A stretch of 58,725 nt of DNA, counting the filler, from Catajapyx aquilonaris (Eukaryota), in the NCBI GenBank assembly GCA_000934665.2. It is 4 parts of 4 records of this genome, joined end to end, with 100 filler letters (N's around TTAATTAATTAA, not from the genome) between each part and the next. Parts side by side here need not be neighbours in the genome. Positions count along the whole stretch, not along the records: positions 44,156 to 58,725 come from JYFJ02007735.1; 3 more parts are not named here. One strand, given 5' to 3'. The notes under the pieces were generated by a model, which had not been told where the DNA came from, made no database searches, and worked only from the letters and a program-made list of their open reading frames with translations. Both the position numbers and the translations under genes were made by a program. The stretch's first letter is position 1, and each line of letters starts with the position of its first letter. This document shows positions 50,194 through 58,725 of this stretch, one piece after another.

Positions 50194-52131
50194 TTAAGCT
50201 CTCTTGCAACCTGCAACGACTTCTGCAAAAAATATAACTACAGATAGTGTTAATGCAATGAATTCGAATGCCAAGGGCCCTTTCATTTGATCAATATTTA
50301 GAGACATCGAATATCCATAACTGCGATTTACTTCTCGGGCACTTTTCAAACCCAAGATTAAGAAGGAATAATAAAAATATTCGTCATAATGACGCTTCAG
50401 ACCGGAATCAAATTCGTATCGTATAATTCTATCAATTATCGGTGTTAATAAATGATGTCTTTGGAGGTTAAATCCTACATTGAAGAAGAGAATGTCATCA
50501 TAATGTATGACAATTGGCAACATGCCATTTAAATCAATAAGTTGATTAGCTCCAGCAATTAAAAAATCATGTGCATTCATGCAAGCAAATTGCTCATCGT
50601 GGGATCTTTTGATGCAACCTGTGAGATCTCCTGCACCTTTTAATTTATCTCCTAAAATACGCACATATTCATAGTCAGACTTTTCTGTGAGTAACCGAAA
50701 AAAGGGCTTCTGAAAATCCAGAACTCCCCACTCCCAGTTTGGCCAACTGACCAATTCCTCGTAGGTTTCTGGCATCTTTTCTCTGAATGGAGACACAAGA
50801 AAGCCAATGAACTTAGCTTCAAATCCGCAAACAATTATGTCACAATAGAGCCACCAAAAAATGAGAAACACTTGAGTGCCTGATGCAGTAGGAATTAAAT
50901 TGGGATTTTCTTCTATCATCACTGAGAAGTTATATCGGAATGAGTAGAGCAAGAGAGAGTCGGGAGGCCGAGATGGGAATGGGTTTTGAAAAGTAGAGTA
51001 TGAACGCAACAGGAACCAGAACAGCAAGCTGCATATTAGACCTGATAATAGTATCAATATCCACATGTCATATGTGTACGGCTGAATAACTGCTGTCCAA
51101 GAAAAGTATGGCCTGGGATATCTTGTTGTGAAAGTAACATGCGAAATATAACATGGAAACACGAGATCAGTTACTGCAAAAATTTCAGATGTGCTCACTG
51201 TCGTAATCATAAATGATTCTTTTCTCATTAGCGACCCAACATTTCCAGTCCAGTTGCCATCCGCCTTGATGGCATCTAGTTCCTCTCCTTCATTTAATGT
51301 GATTTCATCGAAAAACCAAGTGTAATTGAGAGTATCGCCAAGATCCAAAGCAAAGAACATAGGTATAAGAATGGGTAGCCAACTCCGCTTCAAAAATCGC
51401 ACTTCATCCGAAGTTACCATGAAGGGAAAAGTTCCATTCAGGTGTTTTCCATGCAGGTTGCGTGAGTAGTCAGGGTATAGCTCCAGATCTTCGGGCATGA
51501 AGCCCCACTCCGGTGTGAAAACCCCTCTCTGCACTGGCATTGCTTCCCCATTGTTGCAGAAGTGGCAGTTGCTGACCAGCTGCATTTCTCCGGATGAGAA
51601 GTTGTCCTTTGCTCCCATCTGATACAGGAAGGTGTCAGTGAGAGGATTCAACAAGGCTGAGTCCACATTTCCATCCCGGCTCCAATATAGGAACCTGTCA
51701 TGAGCAGTGTAAATGATGGCTCTGCTGGCTACGTATTCTAGTAGTGGCTTGAAATTGTCGGAATGAAATAAGAGGACAAATAAGATTCGATTGCTTATTT
51801 TTTGTGCTGTGCCACGCTCTAGCCAGGAGTACCAGTACTCAAAGTTTCCAGGACTGTTGTTTGCTGGTGGTGGTGGTGTTGCGGAAGTCCACTGAAAAAT
51901 GGCTACCACAGCATTCTTCTTCGATAGCTTGCTCAAGAGCAACAAGAATGGTTCAGGAAGATACTCAAAGTCATGGCCCAACACAACAGCTCGGCTTGGG
52001 TCGTCCAGGTATACCTCTTCAACTAAGGCAGCCACTGCAGTTACATCTATGCTTGACGGCGATGAACCCTGCAGTAACACCACACTTGCACAAGTAGCAA
52101 TGAAGGTAGTGAACCATAATACAAACAACAT
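50194..52131 (-). CDS. Divergent ionotropic receptor (variant iGluR chemoreceptor), intronless, 645 aa
   Basis: N-terminal signal peptide; NLHGKHL; S1 motif DGNWTGNVGSLMRKE; pre-M1/M1 PRPYFSWTAVIQPYTYDMWILILLS; M3 FWWLYCDIIVCGFEAKFIGFLVSP...PETYEELV; M4 LNIDQMKGPLAFEFIALTLSVVIFFAEV. Confidence 0.93.
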   Translation of the reverse strand: MLFVLWFTTFIATCASVVLLQGSSPSSIDVTAVAALVEEVYLDDPSRAVVLGHDFEYLPEPFLLLLSKLSKKNAVVAIFQWTSATPPPPANNSPGNFEYWYSWLERGTAQKISNRILFVLLFHSDNFKPLLEYVASRAIIYTAHDRFLYWSRDGNVDSALLNPLTDTFLYQMGAKDNFSSGEMQLVSNCHFCNNGEAMPVQRGVFTPEWGFMPEDLELYPDYSRNLHGKHLNGTFPFMVTSDEVRFLKRSWLPILIPMFFALDLGDTLNYTWFFDEITLNEGEELDAIKADGNWTGNVGSLMRKESFMITTVSTSEIFAVTDLVFPCYISHVTFTTRYPRPYFSWTAVIQPYTYDMWILILLSGLICSLLFWFLLRSYSTFQNPFPSRPPDSLLLYSFRYNFSVMIEENPNLIPTASGTQVFLIFWWLYCDIIVCGFEAKFIGFLVSPFREKMPETYEELVSWPNWEWGVLDFQKPFFRLLTEKSDYEYVRILGDKLKGAGDLTGCIKRSHDEQFACMNAHDFLIAGANQLIDLNGMLPIVIHYDDILFFNVGFNLQRHHLLTPIIDRIIRYEFDSGLKRHYDEYFYYSFLILGLKSAREVNRSYGYSMSLNIDQMKGPLAFEFIALTLSVVIFFAEVVAGCKRA

Positions 52132-52819
52132 GTTTGTGAACTAAACACAGCAACTTCGATGTGGGCCTTAAGTAGCCAGAGAAATAATCGGCATTGTCTT
52201 ATTACTGTCATTCAATATTGAAGACACATGTCGTGCCCTACTACCATTATTATAGGCCATTTTCTTCTCAGGAGTAGCAGATTCCATTTACTTAGCAAAT
52301 TATTTGTGAAGCAATGCTACAAGAATAAACTCCATAATATGATAAAGGTAATTCAACCTGTTATTAATGTGATTCTTGACTGTCATTTCACATAGAATTG
52401 CAAATCAATGTTTTGCTGATGTTGGCTTCTTCCTCAACAATGATTGTTACAGATGGAATTTTACTTGACAGTAATAGGTACTGGTTTTCTTTAATGTACT
52501 TGCATGATTCTTTCAGCCATCACAATGATTTCCATTACACAATGTATTAACTTTTTTTGCAAATCAAATGGCGCAATGAGTATAGCCTACGCAAACCAAC
52601 ATACTGCACAGTTGTTGACAGTCCATAATAATCATCAGCTGAAGAGAGATTGTCTATCAACATTTCGTCCCACTTTATTCGGAATGACCCCTTTACGTAT
52701 TTCGAGGTATTTGGTTTTCATGACTCTCGTCACTCTATGTTGAAGGCAGAATTATTGCATCTGACACTGTGCAACACGATATTTGTCCATGGAAATTCAT
52801 TGCCATTTTCATGTTCCTT

Positions 52820-53569
52820 ATGTCATTTGTAACTCACAATGATCATTCATTAATTTTTGTCTTTGATTTGTCTTTGACCTCGGGGCAGTCCAAAAACCAA
52901 AATCCTCAAGTGGCAGTTTTTTCCCAATCAAGCGCGCCTTAATATTGCTAAACCATCTCGGATTTTTCTGAAAATAATCACAGCTGTACACACATATGCC
53001 GTTACACTGCATATCAAGTTTCAGCCAAATTGCGATATACCGTGGGGAAGGGGGAAAAAACGCGAAATTTTGAAATTTTGGCCTTTTTTGGGTTAATTTG
53101 TTTCGGTTATTGGAAGTGGTCAAAACCCAATCTCCGTATACATCAAATGCAAGGACACGCGAGTAGAATGCGCCTGCCTATGGAATTGGTTTTTCTGGAA
53201 AATGCACTCAGAAAAAAAAAAAGAAAAACGTGCACCCACAAACGTCGTGGCGACTGATATCAGTGGTATGTAAATGATTTATTAAACTTGATTCATAAAT
53301 CGCTAAATTTGATTTCGAAGCGTGTGAGGTCGTATTCTACTTGCTTGCGCCACCCTAGAGCACGCTACAATCGCGGCGACCGGGGACCTGCGACCCGCGA
53401 CCGGCTGCTAGGAGGTGTGGCTTCGGAATATCGCATTTAGCTTGCATTTTGAGGTGAAAATCAGCAGCATAGGTGCTATTTTCACTACACTATAGGCCAA
53501 GCAGAATTAGAAAATCCAAAACATTTCAAAATTTAGGAGGGTAAGACGAGTTACTTTGGTTGTGAGACG
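52820..53569. mobile_element. Non-autonomous DNA element fragments related to 28310-28660 and to the 43500-43719 foldback end
   Basis: Reverse match to 28310-28660. CACTATAGGCCAAGCAGAAT...AGGAGGGTAAGA...GTTACTTTG matches 43639-43719. Confidence 0.7.
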
Positions 53570-54474
53570 TTATGGACATGCCCCACCATTCAGCCCACCC
53601 TGTAGCTACAAAACCCTGCATAACAATATCACTTCAAAATGATGCTGTCACCTGCGTTGCATCATTCTTGATGTGGGAAATTTTTGAAATAAGCTTTGAC
53701 ACATGACATTTATTTCAGCACTATAGAATTATTGTGAATTAGAAAATGATAGTAATCTTCCACATTGCCCACTTTTCCCAATTATCAAAATATGTTATGC
53801 GCATATTTTCAAATTTAAATTAATTTTTAAATTATTGAATTTATATTTACGAGGGAGGATCAGAAAGTTAATGACAACTTTTTTTTTTCACGGCTATTCT
53901 TATTATCGCACTCAAACACTATGGTCCAACATTATTCCGATTTCTGGTTAAAAGGGTAAGTTAAAAATGAATTCTTAATTATTTCCAGTCTTTACGCCAC
54001 TACTCATGTTATTATAGGTTTAGGCCCAGTTTTTGGCACAACTGTTATTGCACTACTCCCATCCGCGTATACTACATGTGACACTGCGAAGTATATAAAC
54101 CAGTCAAATCTCTTTGTTATTTTTCATGCTCGCAATGCAGTCCAAATTACTCGTAAGCCGCAACAATGAACGGATGCAACGATCATTCCTCGACATCCCG
54201 CACCCAGCAGCCACCATTGAGTCGCACCAATTTGAGTCGTACCAGGATGAGACCCTTTTTGGCATATATAGTTGTAGGTCCACCTATCCCCAGCTCCAAA
54301 TGAAGGACAGTGAGGCCAAAAATTACTATTGTTCTATAGTAATGGGAAGCCTTCAAAACGTGAATCTCAACAATGGAGACTGGTCAGGCCTTACAGTAAG
54401 AATAAAGTGTCCTATATATAATTATAATAAAGAGTGATTTATTGTTCTCCCATATTTATGTTTCTGAAAAGGAA

Positions 54475-55050
54475 GTGACGTCACTGGTTACTTCACATTT
54501 ACGATTTGCGTTACGTAGGCTACAGTAGTAGGCTAATCTATATACTACGTAGTTGCGTCTTGCGTTACGTTACATACGTACGAGCTACGTAAGTGCATAT
54601 TGACTTACGTATGAACTAAGTAATTACGTGTTTCGATATACGTACGAGCCGTGTAATTGCGTATTGCGTTACGTAATTACGTGTTTAGATACGTATAAGT
54701 TACGTTACATATGCATGAGCTACGTAATTTCATATTGACTTATGTGTGAGCTACGTAATTGTGTGTTTCGAGACGTATGAGCTACATATGAGTTACGTAT
54801 TGCCTTACGTATGAATTACGTAATTACGTGTTTCCATACGTTACATACGTAAGCCCTCCGCTACTGCGTATTTCGATACGTATATGAATTGTGTAAATGA
54901 GTGTTTTGATATACGTAAACTACGTACTGAATCGTTTATTTTGTTACGTATGGACCACGAATTTACGTATTGCTTTTAGTATGCATTACGTATTAACGTG
55001 TTGCGTTACGTGTATGAATTACTTGTGTATACAATAGCGTGTTTACATTC
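54475..55050. repeat. Degenerate TACGT/TACGTA-rich tandem array
   Basis: Dozens of TACG(T)A motifs within recurring GAGCTACGTAATT and TAATTACGTGTTT units. Confidence 0.8.
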
Positions 55051-55877
55051 TTTATAATTACGATAAATGCTGAAAAATAATTAATTTTAAATCGTAGAGA
55101 GTGTTCAGATCACGTCTATTGTCAGAAAGATGGCCACTAGAGTGCTCCAATGGTTGGCGTTGCGAACGTGACATATTCCAATCAGTGCACTGCAGCGGGT
55201 AAAATATGACTTTCTTGCCACGGCCTTGCCATTACCAGTTTATAAGGCTTAAAATTAAAGGAAACTATATTATTTTTCTTCCAAGGTTTGCACCAGGAAG
55301 AGCACACTCCAATGCTGCCAACCTCGCGTGAAGTCGGGTCTTTCTTCAGGTGTACCAACGCAGACATGATGAAGGCCTAGCTACATGGGCACCATTCCGT
55401 CATCCCAGGGTACTCAGCGAGCATTCTAGGTAACAAGAATTATATTTCTCTTTATTGAAACATGAACAATCATTTATTATTACCAAACATTAAAATAATA
55501 TTCCTGCCTTTATAGATACAGAATAAAAGCTCCTGTATAGCCTATCTAAGCTTTCACAATGTAACAAAATCCATATAATTATTTACACATACGTTTATTT
55601 GAGGTTGGAGTCAAAAGTGCGTGGCAAACGAATGCGAATTATAATAATTTGCGGACCTTCCAATTCCACAGGCATTTCGACAGCCTGGTCAAGTCCTATA
55701 TCCTTGCGTATAAATTGGCACAAGAATTTATGGGCTGCGGTAGGTATCATCTCATCGGCAGTAAATCGTCCGTACGTGCTTCAAATTCAACGTAAAAAAA
55801 ATTAGCAATAAATAAACCCAATAATAATACGTAATAATATTGCTGGAGACCATCATGTCCCCATTGCACCCTTGTTG

Positions 55878-56161
55878 TTAACTGTGCTGGACCCAACGTG
55901 GCGGGTAACAATCTCTTCCTGGGCTCCAGTAGTCCTCCAGGTCTCGGTACACTTTCGGAGCATCGCTGTTGTAGTTCAACGCCTCGCAGATCCGACAGTA
56001 GTGGTACACCGGTGCCCCGAAGTAACCGTGTTCGTTCACCACCTTGAAACCGGTCTTCCACCTGAAGTACCGGTTGTAATCCGGGTCGCTTCTGTTCAAG
56101 AACAGGAGCAGCATGGCCAGGTCTCGAGGCGTCTCGTAGTCATCAACGTGGATGAACGATC
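55878..56161 (-). CDS. Alpha-1,3-fucosyltransferase (GT10), last coding exon
   Basis: Acceptor TTATTCAG|GA, then SFIHVDDYETPRDLAMLLLFLNRSDPDYNRYFRWK...HYCRICEALNYN...KVYRDLEDYWS..C. These are the GT10 C-terminal motifs SFIxVDD, YxxYFxW and CxLC. No upstream exons were identified in the window. Confidence 0.9.
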
Positions 56162-56164
56162 CTG

Positions 56165-56905
56165 AATAATAATCAATAACTGATAAATTATAACTAATAA
56201 CTGATAAAGAATAACTGATAACTCATACCTAATAAAGAATAACTGATAACTAATACCTAATAAAGAATAACTGATAACTAATACCTAATAATTAATGAGC
56301 CATAACTAATAGCTAGTTAGTCATGGCTAACTAGCTATTTAGTCATTACCAATAGTTAGTTATTCATAGCTAATAATGGATAAATCAGAGCTAATAATTC
56401 ATAATTACTAACTAATACTTTATAACTAATAACTAATGCTTTGTGACAGTTGATTTGCCCGCTCCCCCTGTTTCCTCCCTTGTCCTGTTGGCCCTCTGGA
56501 AGTGGGGGCAGGAGGGGAGTAGGAGGAAGTAGGAGTGGGAGGCCGGGGAGAGCGGGCGGGGAGAGAGAGATGAGGGAAAGCCGACCAGAGGGGGCAGACG
56601 CTTGTGAGCGACTCTCCCGGGGTTTCGTGCCATGTACTGGTAATGTATCCGCCTTAGGTCAATAAACCACGGTTGCACAGTAGCGGAAGGTGTCGTGTGT
56701 GTTACTGAACATACCATATGGTATCATTTGCTCGCGAAAGCTTCCTAAATAATAACGGACAATTTAAAACTAATACTTTATAACTGCTAATAACTAAGGA
56801 TCCATGTAATTATTATAGCTTAGAATTATTCATAACTAATAACTACTAACGTGCAAATCGTAGCTAATAATATTCATGATTAGTTGATTACTAACTAATA
56901 CATAA
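56165..56905. repeat. Intronic TAACTAA/TAACTGA low-complexity array interrupted by a ~310-bp GC-richer insert (~56437-56745)
   Basis: Repeated ATAACTGATAACTAAT units. ACTAATACTTTATAACT occurs on both sides of the insert. Confidence 0.7.
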
Positions 56906-57583
56906 TTAATAATTGAAGGGGTCGGTGCAATACTGCCCTAACCCACCAAATGACACAAATTGAGTTTCGCGCACTTCCATATCCTCCTGAGACCAAATGT
57001 CCATTTAAATGGACATCTGGAAAAGTTTTTTTGGCGCCAACTAGTGATGCCAACAAAACTGTAATCTGTTGGAATCCCATGATTACAATCTGGCCTCAAT
57101 AGCTGTAGCCACCTAGCGTCAAATATCTGGATTGGGCCGCGAAAATTAAATCGCGGACAAAATGGCGGATTCCGCTGCTGAAGCTAGGCGCTCATCTGAT
57201 CAGTTTTATTTTTTTACTCATATTTAGAATGCGATTTTCGCAATGCAGTGAATGTCCTGGGATTCGCAAGGAATGTGTCTTAGGAACTGCGAAAAGATGA
57301 TTCTGTGACAATCTTTGTTGCTGTAGAGAACTGGTCATTTTCTTTTCTTCCTGAGACCAAATGCCCATTTAAATGGACATCCGAAAAATGGCATTTTTAG
57401 CTGAATGGGTGTGACTTTTCTTTACGTGCCTGTACCTATACACCCATAAGGAAGTGCGCTTTTCACTATGCAGTTCAGTTTTGAAATCTAGAATAGTAAG
57501 GTACCACTTTAGCGGATAAGAAGGGAAGGAGCAAGCCCCATCCCTGGAGTGGCGGCGTTAAAAAATAATTTCATTTATCTTTA

Positions 57584-57614
57584 ACTAGCAGCGGTACCCG
57601 TTCTTCGCACGGGG
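57584..57614 (-). mobile_element. Helitron-like 3' terminus
   Basis: Minus strand shows hairpin CCCGTGCGAAGAACGGG, an 8-nt spacer, then CTAG followed by T. Confidence 0.55.
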
Positions 57615-57834
57615 AAAAAAAAGCGTGGATAATTACACCGAAATCTTCTTAGATCTCAAGCAATATTAAATGCAAAACTGCTCATTCCCTTGCATAATTA
57701 TGTAGGCACTGGAAGGGTGTAACAATTCTGGTTTGTTTGCGTAATAAAGAGCCACGCAACTATGGCTATGTGGTTATCAGAATACAAAAAGGTGGGACAG
57801 ATGGAGAGAGAAACAAAGAGGAAAAATAAGAGAG

Positions 57835-57990
57835 GAAAGACTGGCATCTCTCTTAGTCTGTCTCTTATCCCAAAGACTGTCCAACTTGGGCGGCCCTACC
57901 AGTAGACGAAACTACCGCCGGCATAGCTCTTCAGGATCATGGGAAAACGAAAGCCCACCACCACGGCAAGGTGGAGATACATTGGGGGAA
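57835..57990 (-). mobile_element. RTE-clade LINE 5' UTR fragment
   Basis: CCTTGCCGTGGTGG...ATGATCCTGAAGAGCTATGCCGGCGGTAG...CTGGTAGGGCCGCCCAAG...CAGACTAAGAG resembles, from memory, the conserved 5' UTR of RTE elements. Confidence 0.6.
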
Positions 57991-58042
57991 GGGGCCATTA
58001 AAAAATTTGGATAAAAAAATTGGGGGAAGTGCAAAATTTGAA

Positions 58043-58086
58043 ACCATTTACAGGCCTGTTTCTATAGAAACAGGCCTGTAAATGGT
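58043..58086. repeat. Perfect 44-bp palindrome
   Basis: ACCATTTACAGGCCTGTTTCTA|TAGAAACAGGCCTGTAAATGGT, with no spacer. Confidence 0.95.
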
Positions 58087-58350
58087 AATCACCAACAAAA
58101 TTTTGTTGCCACAGGCAAACAGATGTTATTTTTTTGCCTTACATACGCAGATTATCAAAATATGTTATTCATTTATTAATTAATAGCAGCAAACCCGTGT
58201 GTAGTGTCTGGTACATATGTTGAACTTGGTGTCAGTCAACGTACACATAAGTGATCGAAAGCGGAGGCAAAATTGGACAGTGTCGTGCAATAATGGGTCA
58301 ACCCACAAAAATATCAAAATTGAGCCAAGCCCAGGAACATACACCTAAAG

Positions 58351-58572
58351 CAGAGGTTCTTAACCATTTAGGGCATCCACACCCCTTTGTAGACAATATG
58401 TTGGTCCTTGTCGCACCCCCTATACCAGGGGTGATTGATTAAGTTCATAGTTAGACCAGTTATTAGCTCTTGGTTAGATTAAGTCCAGAGGTGCACCTTG
58501 CTCGCACCCCTCAGGGAAGCCACCTATCGCACCCCCTGGAGGTGCGCGGGCACCCCAGGCTAAGAACCTGTG
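58351..58572. mobile_element. hAT (Charlie-like) MITE
   Basis: TIRs CAGAGGTTCTTAACC / GGCTAAGAACCTGTG, 8-bp TSD (A/G)CCTAAAG, and internal TCGCACCCC repeats. Confidence 0.85.
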
Positions 58573-58725
58573 GCCTAAAGAATCCTACTTCATTCAGTTA
58601 AAATCACTCAGGAGAAATGTGCATAGGCTACTTCTGCCATAAATGACCGAAAGGAACACTGAATAATTTCACAGGTATGACATTCAAAGCTTCTTTTCTC
58701 AAAACTGGTCTCGCGTGGGTTGACG

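Noticed and set aside
23603..52131. Functional cluster linking the zinc-finger gene with the IR and fucosyltransferase
   Set aside because: The ZF gene is on a different contig, separated by artificial spacers. IR and fucosyltransferase adjacency alone implies no shared function.

Overview
This is eukaryotic, almost certainly arthropod, genomic DNA rich in transposons. It is not one contiguous locus. Three identical 100-bp spacers (N44-TTAATTAATTAA-N44 at 14708, 29379 and 44056) join four pieces of nearly equal length (14707, 14571, 14577 and 14570 bp), so nothing should be inferred across them. Repeat families shared between pieces 2, 3 and 4 indicate those come from one genome. Host genes are all on the minus strand: a spliced C2H2 zinc-finger gene (at least 3 phase-compatible exons, 8 fingers, 23603-26510), an intact intronless divergent ionotropic receptor (50194-52131), the last coding exon of a GT10 alpha-1,3-fucosyltransferase (55878-56161), and a possible exon of a second IR-like gene (14808-15055). 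Piece 1 is a nested mosaic of five copies of a 0.7-2 kb repeat with traces of Penelope-like RT motifs, plus LINE, Academ-like, hAT-like, EnSpm-like and LTR fragments. The other pieces hold a structurally complete but non-coding 3.3-kb LTR retroelement (LTRs, tRNA-Lys PBS, PPT, 4-bp TSD), five tRNA-type SINEs from four families (three families share a 3' tail), Tc1/mariner, PIF/Harbinger and hAT MITEs with TSDs, and two kb-scale foldback elements. I found no convincing novel multi-gene system. The best leads are the amplified decayed Penelope-like unit, the modular SINEs, the non-autonomous LTR element, the foldbacks and the unusually diverged IR. All family calls come from reading motifs by eye, not from database searches.
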